DNA of 64,000 nt from Hypanus sabinus (GCF_030144855.1 NW_026781476.1:744001-808000), one strand, 5' to 3'; shown: positions 49,500 to 62,982, counted from the stretch's first letter. Program-made: numbers and translations. Notes: a model not told the origin generated them from the sequence alone.

Positions 49500-51150
49500 C
49501 CGGGGAACCGGCATCGAACCGACGGGCCGAGCGGTCTCCTCCTACCTCTCAGCGATACATCAGACTCCGGCCGCAGGAGACGCTTCACAAACGCCCCAAC
49601 TGCCCTCGGAGGGAAATGGAAATAAATCAGAAAGCGGACTTTTACTTTGAGGTTTTCTCCGCTCTGAGGAGGCGGTCGGCGCTTGAGCGGGAGACGTACT
49701 CAGCGGGGTAACGCCCACTCGGCTTTTCCGCCTCCGTGACTGGTTGTAACCAGTGATTGACATCGCTTCGCACCAATGGGAATAACGTAGCTCCTGAATC
49801 CTCTGTTGACAGCGGTGGGAGAGGGGCTGGTCACGTGATTATTAGCCCAGCCGTTAAACCGATGAAGCTTGTGCACAGCAGCGCGTGGGTGACGTAAGAC
49901 ACCGCGCACGTGAGGGCAGATCCCGGTGTTGGGAGCCCATGTGTGACGTCAGGCGCGTGGGGGGGTAGGAGCTATGTGACGTCACCTGTGGGAGAGCGCA
50001 GGCATTTAAAAGCACCTTAATGGACTTTTCAGTGGGACAACAACATTAATCACGGGTTTCATCACTGAATCCAGAGTTGTTGGATGTAAAGTCCCCTGTT
50101 ATGTGTCCGGCTGTGCCGTGTTGTTGGTGGAGTGGGCAGCGTGGTGTTTGTCCCGATTCGGGTCACAACACCAGAATTGCCAGCGGGGTCCACACACAGT
50201 GTATTAGCCAACAGAAAACCTTTCGTCCCTGCAGTCTTTGTCTCCTGGTAAACTCAACACCCTGACAGTGTGGACCATAGATACCCCTTCCTCTCAGAGT
50301 CAGGGGATCATTCAGACAGCTGATCGATATATATTGGTCATTAAAATTCACCCAGATTCGTTTGGACGGATTTGACGTGGAGTTTGGGGTGTCACAATGA
50401 AAGGGCCGGATGGCCGAACTCTCTCCGCTGTCCAAACATCCTTCCAGGTGAGGCGACACTTCACCTGTGAATCTTCCGGGGTCGCCCGTTGTGTCCGCTG
50501 CTCCCGATGCGGCCGCCTCTACACTGGTGACACCGGCTCCACCGCAGTTGTGCGGGGTAGGAGTGTTTTTTTTTATGTGGGACTCGATGTTATTGTTCCC
50601 TTTTGTGCGGAGGGGTGGGTTTTGGGGTTTGATGATTGGGATCCCGTTCTTCTTGAACCGGGGGGTGGGGTGGGAGTTTGATTTTTCTTCCTGAGCGACT
50701 TTCATGCTCTTTCTTTGTTTCGTGGTTCTATGGAGAAACAGAAACTCAGTGTTATTTATGGATAGCTGCTCTAATAATAAACTAACCTTTGAACTATCCG
50801 CTCCGTGCGGGAGTTCCCGGTGTCCAAACATTTTCATTCTGATTTTCATTCCCGCTGCTACCCGGCCTGCTGTGTTCGGCCAGCGTTTTGTTTGTGTTGC
50901 TTTGGATTTCCAGAATCTACAGACTTTGTCGTGTTTGTGATTTACCTCTCCGTTGTCCTTCCGGCCACCGGCCACTGGTGGCGCTGTATAGATCTCCAGC
51001 CACTGGTGGCGCTGTGCAGATCTCCGGCCTTCGGAGACGATGTGCAGACCTCCGGCCATCGGTGGTGCTGCGGAGAAACGCCTGCTGAACGCATGCGCGG
51101 TGCCGAGTGCCGCTGTTGCTGGCGGTTCTCCGATTCGAGCAGGGATGAGT
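49500..51150 (+). promoter_or_regulatory. Type-B promoter region upstream of ZNF4 (interrupted by ~1.1 kb of extra sequence)
   Basis: Paralog of 22430-23260: CCAAT, gtcacgtgat, additional TGACGTCA x2 and CACGTG at 49890-49985, short version of the 28-bp repeat at 50960-51070. Confidence 0.55.
50395..50545 (+). mobile_element. Penelope GIY-YIG endonuclease fragment
   Basis: FQVRRHFTCESSGVARCVRCSRCGRLYTGDT resembles the PLE FTC....VYCI.C..C..YIGET motif. Confidence 0.7.
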
Positions 51151-51837
51151 CGGGAATGATCCCGGTGTTGTGTAGCTGCCGGAGCTGTGGGGGGGGGGGG
51201 GGGGGGGGGGGTGTGGTGGTTTGATTGATAAGTTCGTGGCCTAAGTTGGAAGGCCTGAAGTTATACAGCGCTCGGTGCCTGCACGTGTAGTTCAACTCTT
51301 TGAGTGAATATGCAGTAAGTTTGAAGTTAATAACTTTTGTGGTATTTCTGTTTCAGATAATTGAAAATTGCTAGGTTTTGTAAAATTGACTCCTTCCACC
51401 TTAGGCCATAAACTTATCAATCACTTCCAGTTTGTGATATCCAATTTGTGTACATGCTCATTTCATTTACTGAGCAACTGCCTTGCCCCATACGTGCAAT
51501 GAGCAGGTGCACAAATTGGATGTGACATATATAGGGCTTCCTATAATGGCAAGCAGTAAACCAAGGTGAAAGAAATATATGAATTCCAGAGCTCCACAGA
51601 AATATAGTGACATTAACAAGATGACAGCCTATCATTACATTTCAGTGTATAACTGGTAAAATTAAACATATAATACTTAATTTAATAATATGACAAAATA
51701 TTGCATTGTTGCACTTAACCAATTATCATAAAATATAATTATCAAGCAAGTAAAATAACTTTGTTTGCTTAGAAGCCAAAGGGTTGTTACTGAGAAAAGT
51801 TTACTTTAGGATTAGCGAGTAATCCACGGACCACCAT

Positions 51838-52806
51838 AGATGTAGCCTTACTAATACGACTGAGTCAGAGCAAACGGCAGGGCCTGCAGCGTTTAGCAGT
51901 GTTCCTCAGAGGTATAAAAATAACAGAAATAAAGCAATTCATTTTTTACAATTTTAGCCACCTAAATTGGAACCAAGTAATCAAGTATGAAAAAATAAAC
52001 TCTGATGAACTATTGCAAAAGCCACGAATATTGCTGAATGTTATTCTCAAAAGTGGTGGGTTGGTAAATCTGCCTCGTACCATTTCTCTCGCAGAAATGG
52101 TTGGACGGGAAGTGTATCTGTGAGTGTCGATACAATCTCCTCACACGTCGGGTGTTACATAGTTCGACCTTTACAGATCCTGTTTAGTCTTTAAATATAT
52201 AAAAAGTTAAAGAAGTTTGAATCTTTACATAAATTATTATCGCATTTATACAAATAGAAAATATCGTTGTTTGGAAGTGACAAATGTTAACGGGAGGACA
52301 GCAACCATTTGGGAGTTTTGGAAATGCATTTCATCTCATTCATTGCCTCACTAAATTACTCTTTTTCCTATCAACACAAAGAGAAAAAGAGCCTCTTTCC
52401 CATTAGCTACAGTTGGTGGAGCGAGGCCAAGGGGTTGATCCGCTATTAATGATAGTTGAAATGACGTAAAACTACCTTATAGCCCAGAAATGTTTTTTTT
52501 TTCCATTTAGCTTGTAAAACAAAACTAAATTTATCCAGGTGTAGAAGAGGATTTTGGATGATTAGCTTGTGTATTTGATCAAAATCAGGAAGAAGATGAG
52601 CGAGCAGTGAATTTCTCTTTCATTGTTTTCAACTTCTAAACTTGGGTTTCTATGTTCATTCCTTGCTTAATATAGCTGCTTCCTGGAATCCAATGGTACC
52701 CATTGGAAAGAGCAGGGAAATGCTTGCACTTCTGTACAGGTATTTCCCAGCTTCCTTGGACAATGGGTCGAGCGAGAAGGAATTTCACAAATACCTAAAT
52801 AAAAAA
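51838..52806 (-). mobile_element. Unit-4-specific insertion, possibly an old hAT (Charlie-like) remnant
   Basis: Absent at the paralogous site ~24065. Only weak resemblance to a hAT C-terminal dimerisation region on the - strand. Confidence 0.3.
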
Positions 52807-54139
52807 CAGTCACAGCTCCAGGATTAAACCAAAAACGATCAAATATCCTAATGTTATTAGTGGTACTTTTCCCCACCAGCCAACACCCCCACTTCCCAAC
52901 CCCCTGCTTCCGTAGAATTCCCTCTATTTAATATGTAGCTGCTGTTAAATTACCCGCTTGCTTATTTTGACTTTTTTACAGAGGTATCGGAGCAGTTGTC
53001 CGGTGAGCTCTGGTAGCACTGCACCTCTGAATGTATGATCCCTTCTCCCACCTGGTTCCATCTGCTTATCTCTGCTCATCTTGATCAATCTCTGTGCAGT
53101 CTCCTAAACCCATCTTCCTGCTTCAGTGATTTACATCTCCCATCTGGGTCATCTTCGGTCCACCCTGTATCCCACCTCCTCAATGTTATATATCAGCAAT
53201 CTTTCTTCCAATCTCTGTCTTCATTGTGAAGTGTTCTTTTGTACCTTTGGCCTCGCTGAGTCATTTCCAGAATCGGCTTTTGTTAGCTGGAATGCCGGAG
53301 GGTCATCAGGTCCCATTTCTGTTGTGCATTGGTGTGGAGGTGCTCGTTTATGAACAGTGACGGGCTGACACACTGCAGCATTTTGCTGGCAGCAAAGAGT
53401 ACTGGGAGAGTTGGTGCTTGGGCTCTAATCCTGTGATCGGCTTTCCAGGCAAATGGAACTGCTGGTGTTTTAGCTTTGACTTTGGTTTGAGCTTCTACAG
53501 AAGGGGCCGGATGCTCGTCCTGCAATGAAGCAGAAATTTCAAGCAGCTGGACATTGGTTGTGGGGAAATCCTAGATTGCACTACCCAGTGTGAGATGTGG
53601 GGACGATGTGTGAGACTCTCAGGGTCGGTGAGTGGCAGATTAAGCTGTGTGACTCTGAGTGGTTGGGTCCTGGGATATCATAGTTTTTAATCCAGCTAAA
53701 GTGGACCCAGGGATCGAGCTGTTTGGGCTTGTGAGGTGTTGATCGAGTATTTCTGGTCTGGGATCAGATGTTTGTTTCTGGAGTTCCTTTGGAAGCAATG
53801 ACTGCCAGTCTGAAGAGAGGATGAGTTCCCATTCCATCCTCACAGGGAGAGGCTGTGAGTAAACGGGCTGTTCCGTGTTTACAACAGTAGAACTAGTCCC
53901 TGAGTCTGGTGTTCAAACTGTGTTTGGAAATCACACAGTGGAAATCAGGCAGCTGTGCTGGGGATCTGCACTAAAAACTGAAAATGTTTGAACTGAATCT
54001 GATGAAATATTATTAATTGAATTGTATTGTAAGCTGTTCCTTACCTGCAGAGTCTTTCTGGTAATTCCAGTTTCTTTTTATTTCTTGGTTTATATTTCAT
54101 GAAATGGACCTGTTTTAACCTGGAAATGAAAATGGCTGT

Positions 54140-54345
54140 GATAATTTGTAGGCCTCCGTTAGAGTCTCTGCAGGTCTCCCCTCTCCACGCCAACGATGTT
54201 GTCCAAGGGAAGGGCATTAGGACCCATACAGCTTGGCACCGGTGTTGTCGCTCAAGGACACACAGGCAGCCTCTGCCAAGGCTCAAACTAGCAACCTTCA
54301 GATCACTAGACCAATGCCTTAACCACTTGGCCACGCGCCAGCACA
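54140..54345 (-). mobile_element. tRNA-derived SINE
   Basis: - strand A box tggccaagtggttaagg and B box-like agtttgagcc. Confidence 0.7.
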
Positions 54346-55131
54346 TGTGATAGTAGAACAGTAATGAAAGCACATCTTTTCCCTGTCAATTATCCTGGAA
54401 CCGATTTTTCTGTTTTTCCTGGAAATGCGTTCAGTACAGTGTTCCTAACAAGGTTTACATGAATAATCTCAGGAACGATCGGTGTTATGAATGAGGAGCA
54501 TTTGATGGTTCTGGACCTGTGCTCAATGGTGTTGAGAGGGACGGTGGGGGTGGTGGAGGGATGTATGGTTAATAAACCTACCGAATGCTGAAAAGCCTGG
54601 ATACAGTGGACATGGAGAGGATGTTTCCATTAGACACAGAGTCTGTGATCTGAAAACACAGTCTCAGAATAAAGATGCTTCCCCTTAAAACTCAGATGAG
54701 AAACATTTTATGGCCAAAAGATGTCTGATCTGTGGAATTTGTTGCCACAGAGGTTGGTTGAGGCTGCCATTTGGGTATATTTGTGAAGATTAATATACTG
54801 ATGATTGCTGAGTAGCTTCAGGGTTACAGGAGGAAGGCAGGAATATGTTGTTGGAATAAAAATCAGCCCTGGTTGAATGGTGGACAGACCAGATGGATTG
54901 AATCACCTGATTCTGTTCCTGTGTCGTATGTCTTACCGTGACTGAATGATGGCTCCTTCTTATCCCATATCGTCTGTGACATGTGAGGGACAATAAAAGA
55001 TTGTTTACTGAGATCATTACATCTGCCTTCAGTGTTTAAATTTCAGTGAGTTTTGTTCTTAGTAACATTACACAGAAATGTTTAGTTCTCCTTTTCATTA
55101 TTAATGTGCTTCATTGTCTCTCTGTTTAAAG

Positions 55132-55299
55132 TTCGACCAGTGGTGAGAGGTTTCATGGAAGGAAAACCCCAACTGGACGCAAACCACGACTGAAGACGAG
55201 GGAACAGCAACAAGTGAACCAGCCCGAGGACTGAGAGCACCGACTGGAGAGGACCCATCTGACTCGGAGATTCCAGTGATTCAGTCAGGAGAAAGTTTG
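55132..55299 (+). other. Putative 5' exon of the ZNF4 unit
   Basis: Acceptor ctctctgtttaaAG and donor agtttg|GTGAGT; paralog of 423-573 and 27351-27519. Confidence 0.55.
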
Positions 55300-56358
55300 G
55301 TGAGTCTCATTTACTCAAACACTGGTCCTTTAGACATTACATACCTGTACAAAGGAAGGGAGGAAATAGTTGGAGTGAGACTGAATGTGCCCAGAAGAAC
55401 CAGTTATGCCTCTGTCAGACCCAGTTGCAATCACTCCAGGACTGGTAATGTGCTTCCAGCAGCCCGGCCCTTTGAAACCACTCCCATTCCCTCACAGTGG
55501 TTACTCAGTAAAAGATCCTGCATCCTCTGAAGTAGCTTTTGGTCAGATCTGAGTGGGGAGAGGGAAAGAGAGGGAAGTGTTTTTACTGACTGTCTTTCAA
55601 AAACATTAATTGTTTGAACTTGCTGCAGACTCTCTACCCATACCCTGTACTTTCTCAACCAAATTATTGACATAGATGACAAGTAGCAATGGGTGTAACC
55701 CCAGGGAACGTCACGAAGCATGGAACTCGAGTCCAAGAAACAGCCTCTCACCATCACCCTCTGCCTCCTACCACCCAGCCATTCCCAGACTCTGGGGCTC
55801 TGTAACAAACTCAATGTTAACAGGAAGATTAGTCACTGATTAAGATGATGAGAGAATTGTGGCCTCCTGAAAGGACACGCGAGCTGAGCTGTCTGATTCA
55901 CTGGACCAGTTCCACCCTCGTTGACAACGTAATTTACCCGTTGCCCATCCACCCACGTCATATCACCCACAGTACCCCAACCACTCTCTGTCCCGCCAGT
56001 GGCCCCACACCCTTCTGACCATTCATCCCACACCGACACATAGACAGGCCCCCTTCACCCACGTTCACCCTCCCAGCTTGGGGAACCACAACAAACTGAT
56101 CCCGCGATCTCGACTCAGTGCAAAACTAAAACCAGGGATGCAAGACTGGAGAGCCCGGAGCCTCCAGCTGTCCGGCTCGGTCCCGGCCCTTTCCCACAGC
56201 AACCAGCCCTCGATTTACACAAACCCGAGATTAACCCCTTCCTCACCCCCACCTGAACAGGGGAAACACCCGCATCAGCTGGGGTTGAGCTGCAGTTGGT
56301 CCCCATATGAGTTAAAACTCCCCGCTATCGGATATGGAGACCAGAATCGTACGCGGTA

Positions 56359-58060
56359 AAACCACATAACAATTACAGCACGGAAACAGGCCATCTCAGC
56401 ATTCCTAGTGCGTGCCGAACGCTTACTCTCACCTAGTCCCACTGACCTGCACTCAGCCCATAATCCTCCATTCCTTTCCTGTCCATATACCTATACAATT
56501 TTTTTTTAATGAAAAAATTGAACCTGCCTCTACCACTTCCACTGGAGGCTCGTTCCACACAGTTACCACTCTCTGAGTAAAGAAGTTACCCCTCATGTTA
56601 CCCCTAACCTTTTGCCCCTTAACTCTCAACTCATGTCCTCTTGTTTGAATCTCCCCTACACTCAATGGAAAAAGCCTATCCACATCAACTCTATCAATCC
56701 CCGCATAATTTTAAATACTTCTATCAAGTCCCCCCTCAACCTTCTACGCTCCAAAGAATAAAGACCTAACTTGTTCAACCTTTCTCTGTAACTTAGGTGC
56801 TGAAACCCAGGTAACATTCTAGTAAATCTCTGTTCTCTGTTGACATCTTACGTATAATTTGGTGACCAGAACTGTATATAATGCTCCAAATCTGGCCTCA
56901 CCAATGCCTTGTACAATTTTAACATTACATCCTAACTCCTGTACTCAATGCTCAAAGGTCAGCATACCAAAAGCTTTCTTCATCACCACATGAGCTTCCT
57001 CCTTCAGGGAAATATGCACCATTATTCCTAGATTTCCTCACACTGTCTACAAGCTTTCTCTATTTGTGAACTAACCTCTTCTCTCCTAGTCTCTTCAATC
57101 TGATTCCCACCCCCCCAACCATTCTAGTTTAAAGTCTCCCCAGTAGCCTCCACAGATCTCCCCGCCAGGATATTGGTCCCCCTAGCTTTCAAGTGCAACC
57201 CGTTCTTTTTGTACAGGTCACACCTGTCCCAAAAGAGGTCCCAATGATCCAAAAACTTGAATCCCTGCCCCCTGCTTCAATCCCTCAGCCACACATTTAT
57301 CCTCCACCTCATTCCATTACTACTGTCACTGCCGTGTGGCACAAGCAGTAATCCCGAGATTACTACCTTTGCAGACCTTCTTCTCAACTCCCTTCCAAGA
57401 TCCCTATATTCTCCTTTCAGGACCTCTTCCCTTTTCCTACCTATGTCATTGGTACTTATATCTACCACGACCTCTGGCTCCTCACCCTCCCACTTCAGGA
57501 TATCTTGGACGCGATCAGAAGTATCCCGGACCCGGCACCAGGGAGGCAAACTACCATCCAGATCTCCTGACTGCGTCCACGGAATCGCTTGTCTGACTCC
57601 CTAACTATTGAGTCCCCTATTGCTACTGCCTTCTCTTTCTCTACCCTTCTGAATTACAGGGCCGGACTCTGTGCCAGAGGCACGGCCGCTGTTGCTTCCC
57701 CCAGATAGGCTGACCCCCCCCCAACAGTACTCAAACAGAAGTACTTATTGTCAAGGGGTACAGCCACTGGGGTACTCTCTAGTACCTGACTCTTCCCCTT
57801 CCCCCTCCTAACGGTGACCCACATGTCTACCTCCCATGGCCCCGGTGTGACCACCTGCCTGTAACTCCTCTCTATCAACTCCTCGCTCTCCCTGACCAGA
57901 CGAAGGTCATCGAGCTGCAGCTCCAGTTCCCTGGCACAGTCCCTTAGGAACTGCAGCTCGACACACCAGGCGCAAATGTGAACGTCCGGGAGGCTGGGAG
58001 ACTCCAGGACCTCCCACATCCGACACCGAGAACAGCAAGCTGCCCTCACACTCATAATTC
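56359..58060 (-). mobile_element. CR1 with ORF1 retained and most of ORF2 deleted
   Basis: ORF1 zinc/coiled-coil CSRCRMWEV...HICAWC...ELELQLDDLR and esterase-like PEVVVDISTNDIGRKREEVLK, joined near 57030 to a CR1 3' end matching 35660-36360. Confidence 0.85.
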
Positions 58061-58189
58061 CCAGCATGGAACCGTAATCGCATGGTGGATTTGTTCCGTG
58101 ACTTGTGAACATACGTGATTAATGACCCTGCAACTGGGGACTGAGTAAATAGTTCATCTAACAATTCAGATCATACACACCAATCTCCT

Positions 58190-59000
58190 TGCCTTTCTCC
58201 CTCACCCCGAGCTACTTACCCCATTTCCCTCACCACACCCTCCTCACAGTCCGTCTTCCTCATAGGGCCCTCTACTCCAGCCCTCCCTTCCTGCTCCCTC
58301 TCTCCCTCACTCTCAACTCTCCCTCACCCCTTCCTTATCATCACCCCTCTCAATCATCCGTGCTTCCTCACCGCCTCTCTCCCTCCCGCTTCTCTCTTCC
58401 CTATCCCTCTCAGTTACACTGCTACTTGACCAGCCTCCCACTCTCTTTCACCCCTTTCCTTGCGCTCTCCTTTTTTGCCACTCTCTCTACCCCTCTAGTA
58501 ATAAATTGTACTCCTCTCTCTTGTTTCTCTTCATCTCCTCACTCTGTCATGCCTCTTTTCATTTCTCTCTCACTCTCTCCCCTTCTATCCATCTCTCCAT
58601 CTGTTTCTCTTCCATTCTGTCTCCCATTCCACAATCCCTGTCCCTACCCCTATCACCCGCCATCCCACTCTCAATATCAGTCGCCCTCTGTCTTCCCCTC
58701 TCCATCTCCTCCTCTCTCACGCACCTCAATCAAACTTGTCTCTCACTCACTCACCTCCGCCACTCTGTAACCACCTCCATTACCAGCTCTCAACCTCTCT
58801 CTCTCTCTCCCTACATCCCACCCTCCCACCTCTCTCAAACACTCTCCCCGCTGCCTCCCGTATCCCACACTGTCTTCCCCTCTTTCTCACCCTCTAAATC
58901 TACCACTCACCCCACGCGTTCTCCCTCTTCGCTCCCTGTCAGTCCCACTCCTCCTCCTCCTCCTCTCTCCCGTCACACCCCGCACTCTCCACCCCATCCC
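58190..59000. repeat. Low-complexity polypyrimidine (C/T-rich) tract
   Basis: About 800 bp with very few purines on the + strand. Confidence 0.9.
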
Positions 59001-59003
59001 ATA

Positions 59004-59892
59004 CAGTGGTATGCAAACGGCTGGGCACCACTGGTCAAACTTCCTGTTACTGTGAATAGTTCAGTGAGTAGAAGGTGAACTGGTCTCCAAAAGTCTCAAA
59101 ATTAAAGACAAAATATTCAACATTTTAAGCAAGATTAGTGTATTATTAAAAACACAAAATGCTGGCAGAACTCAGCTGGCCAGACAGCATCTATGGGAGG
59201 AGGTAGTAACGAAGTTTCAGGCCGAAACCCTTCATCAGGAGTTTAGTGTATTATTTCTGTTTTGTACAATTTTAGAGTGGGAGAAAAAAGGGAAAGGAGC
59301 ACCAAGGAAAAGTTCGGGCACCCCAAGAGATTTGAACTCTCAGTTAAATTTTACCAAGGTCTCAGACCTGAATTAGCTTGTTAGGGCTATGGCTTGTTTG
59401 CAATCATCATTAGGACAGGCCAGGCTGTACAAATTGCAAAGCTTTATAAATATCCTGACTCCTCCAACCTTGTCCCAACAATCAGCAGCCATGGGCTCCT
59501 CTAAGCAGCCGCTGAGCACTCTGAAAGTTAAAATAAATGATGCCCACAAAGCAGGAGTAGGCTATAAGAAGATAGCAAAGCATTTTCAGGTAGCTGTTTC
59601 CTCAGTACATAATGTAATTAAGAACTGGCAGTTAACAGGAACGGTGGACATCAAGTTGATGTCTGGAAGACCAAGAAAACTTTCCGAAAGAGCTACTCGT
59701 AGGATTGCTAGAAAGGCAAATCAAAACCCCCGTTTGACTGTAAAAAACATTCAGGAAGATTTAGCAGACTCTGGAGTGGTGGTGCACTGTTCTACTGTGC
59801 AGTGACACCTGCACAAACATGACCTTCATGGAAGAGTCATCAGAAGAAAACCTTTCCTGCATCCTCACCACAAAATTCAGCGTCAGAGGTTT
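59004..59892 (+). mobile_element. Tc1-family transposon, left arm and N-terminal transposase (truncated)
   Basis: TA|cagtggtatgcaaacggctgggcacc with inner direct repeat aaaagttcgggcacc (~59308). Paired-like HTH MGSSKQ...GYKKIAKHF...SGRPRKLS from 59491; no DDE domain. Confidence 0.88.
59148..59242 (-). mobile_element. Penelope-derived ~95-bp insertion with perfect 13-bp TSD and hammerhead-like core
   Basis: TSD ttagtgtattatt (59135-59147 / 59243-59255). The - strand reads CTGATGA AGG GTTTCGG CCT GAAAC. Confidence 0.85.
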
Positions 59893-60009
59893 TTCTGACT
59901 GAGGGAGAGGTTGTTTTCTTGACACCAGACAGCTGTTGTTCAGAGCTCAGACAGAGTCAGCATCAAATGCTTGAGCCTGGTGCGATGGATGTGTTGAGCT
60001 GTGGAAATC

Positions 60010-62710
60010 ACGATGCAAGAAGCATTGTAGGAAAGCCAGAAGAGCCCAGGGCATGGAATTGTGATATCGTAGGCATTACTGGGAATTGGTTGCACCCAAC
60101 AGTCTGAGGAATCTGGAGGAACAAATTTGTAGAGAGTTCACAGACTATACCAAGACAAAAAAAGTTGATATAGTAAGTGATTTTAACTTTCCATATATTG
60201 ACTGGGACTCCCATACTGTAAAAGGACTAGCTGGGGTAGAGCTTGTCAAATGCTCCTTAATGAATACGTAAAACATCCGGCGTAGAATTGTGCAATAAGC
60301 TGTTGGGAAACGATCTAGGGCTGGTGACAAAAATTAGTGAATGGGAACACTTTGTGTATAGTGATCACAATGCCATGAGATTCCAAGTAAGTACGGAAAA
60401 ACAGAGCTCTGGACCTCTCTTGAGATTCTAGATTGGAGAAAGATCAATGTTTATGGTATTTGCAAGGATTTGAAAAGTGTGGACTGGGACAGGCTGTTTT
60501 CTGTAAAGGAGTACTTGGTAAGTGGGGGTTCTTCAGAAGTGAAATTTTGAGGGTGCAGAGTTTGTATGCACCTACCAAAATAAATGTTGAAAGGTAACTG
60601 GTGCAGGGAACCTTTGTTTTCAACTGATATCGAGGCCCCGGATATTTTGTTCCTCTAAATTCCTCAGGCTGTTGGGTGCTACCAAGACACATTAATGACT
60701 ACAATATCATACTTCCACACCCTGAGCTCATCTGACTTGCTTTAGTTGCCTTCTGTTGGTTTCTTAAAGCTTCCCAATGTTTTTTGCTCTATTATTTGCC
60801 CTCTCTTTGGCTTTTATGTTGGCTTAGGCTTCTCATTTCAGCCACAGTTGTGTCCTCCTGCCTTTCCAATGCTTCCACTTCTTTGGGATGTGTCTATCAC
60901 TCAGCTCCCGAGTTGCTCCCAGAGACTCCAGCCGTTGCTGCTCCATCGTCACTCCTACCAGATTCCCCTTCCAGTCAGGTTTGGCCAGCTTCTCTGTCAG
61001 AGAAACATGGAGAAGGTCAGAACAGAAACATGCCCACTCTGGACGATCAGAATAGTAATCTATATGGGAGAAAAAATAGATAGGGGTGGTTTTAAATAGT
61101 AGTTTTGCATCCGTATTTACTCAGGAGATGGACACAGAGTCGAGAGAGGTGAGGCAAGGCAGCATCAAATTCAGAGAGCATGGACAGATTACAGAGGTGG
61201 AGGTGTTTGCTGGCTTAAGGCAAATTAGCATGGATAAATCCCCAGAGCCTGACTAGTTGTTCCCAAGGACCCTGCGGAACACAAGTGCAGAAATTGTCGG
61301 GGTCCAAGCAGAGATATTGAAATAATCCTTAGTGACAGGTGAGGTACTGGAAGATTGGAGGACAGACAATGTTGTTCCACTGTTCGAGAAGGGGTCTAAG
61401 GATAAACGAGAAAATGTTATGTCAGTGAGCGTGACATCAGTAGTGGGAAAGTTATTAGAACATATGTGCAGGAACCGGATATATAAGTATTTGGATAGAT
61501 GTGGACTGACTAAGGATAGACAGCATGGTTTTGTGCATGGTGTGTCATGTCTAAACAGTCTTACAGTGTCTCTCGAGGAAGTTATCAGGAATGTGGCTGA
61601 GGGCAAGGCAGTGGATGTTGTCTACATGGACTTTAGCAAGGCACTTGACAAAGTCTCATATGGGAGGTTGGTCAAGAAGATTCAGTCATTCAGCATTCAA
61701 GATGAGACAGTAAATTCCCACTGTCTGTGGGAGAAGCCAGTATGGTAGCAGATGGTTGCCTCTCTGACTGGAACCTGTGACTGGTGGTGAGCCACAGGGA
61801 TCAGTGCTGGATCTGTTGTTGTTTGTCATCTATATCAGTAATCTGGATGATAAGCTGGTTAGGGATCAGCAAATTGGAGGATGAAACCGAGACTCGGGAT
61901 TCAGCGGACTGTGAGAAGACTATCATGGCTTGTAGTGCGAACTGGACCAGGTGGAAATATGGCTTGAGAAATGGAAAATGGAATTCAATGCAGAGAAGTG
62001 CGAGATTTTGCATGTTGGTAGGACCTACCAGGGTGGGTCTTACACAGTGACTGGTCGGACATGTAGGAGTGTTGTTGATGAAAGGGATCTGGGAATACAG
62101 GTCTATATTTCACTAAAAGTGGTGTCACAGTTCGATAGGGACGGAAAGAAAGATTTTGGCACATAGTCCTTCATAAACCAAAGTACTGGATGGTATGTTA
62201 TGTTGACTTTGTACAAGACATTGGTGATGCCTAATCTGGAGTATTGAGTGCAGTTTTGGTCATCAACCTACAGGAAAGATGTAAAAGGGGTTCAGAGATT
62301 TCAGAGAAATGCCAGGTCTGGAGGACTTGGGTTATAAGGAGAGACTGAAACAGGTCAGGACTTTACTCCTTGGAATGTAGAAGATTGAGGGGAGATTTGA
62401 TGGAGGTATACCACAATTATGAGGGTTATAGATGGGGTAAATGCAAGCTGGCTTTCTCCACTGAGATGGGGTGGGACTACAACCAGAAGCCATGGGTTAA
62501 GGGTGAAAGGTGAAAGGTTAATTGGAACATGAGGGGAAAATTCTTCACACAGATCTGGGTGTGGAATGAGCAGCCAGCAGAAGTGGTGCATGCGAGCAAA
62601 ATTTAAGAGGTTTGCATAGGTACTTGGATGAAAGGGGTATGGGAGTAGAAAGTTTAAATAGTTCAACACCAACTGGGCCTGTTTCTGTGTTGTACTTTTC
62701 CATGACAAGA
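60010..62710 (+). mobile_element. Rearranged CR1 fragments in the ZNF4 intron
   Basis: EN (DFNFPYIDW) and RT (EDWRTDNVVPLFEKG, YMDFSKALDKV) remnants. Segments are shared with the introns of units 1, 2 and 3. Confidence 0.85.
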
Positions 62711-62789
62711 ACCTTAAATAATACTACCATTCATTCGAATTCCTTTTAAGAGCTGTGCAGACCAACCGTATATCTGAGTAGGAGAAATC

Positions 62790-62982
62790 CTCAATTCCAG
62801 AGTTTCTCCATGTCTCTCTAACGTTGAGGCAAGTTACTGCAGTGGTTTGCCATTACCTTCTGCTGGGTGAGGGGCCAAAGAGATCACCAGCTCATAACCC
62901 AGCACGGATGGAATGCGTGCAGGGGAGCCGGCCGGATTCGAACTCAGGACCTTTCATCTCAAAGTCTGGCGTTGATGCGCCA
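62790..62982 (-). mobile_element. tRNA-derived SINE with RTE-like tail
   Basis: - strand B box gagttcgaatc and tail ggtaatggcaaaccactgcagtaacttgcc. Absent from the paralogous introns. Confidence 0.6.

Noticed and set aside
50163-51059. 298-aa - strand ORF
   Set aside because: It crosses a minisatellite, repeat fragments and the antisense of a Penelope endonuclease remnant; no coherent domain.
51852-51861. T7 promoter-like TAATACGACT (vector contamination)
   Set aside because: Only 10 bp match, the following CACTATAG is absent, and there is no other vector sequence.
54270-54345. tRNA gene (also ~17230-17300 and ~62925-62980)
   Set aside because: A and B boxes are present but continue into SINE bodies and are degenerate; no convincing cloverleaf.
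58189-59078. Pro/Ser/Leu-rich ORFs of ~190 aa
   Set aside because: The low-complexity polypyrimidine tract lacks stop codons by composition.
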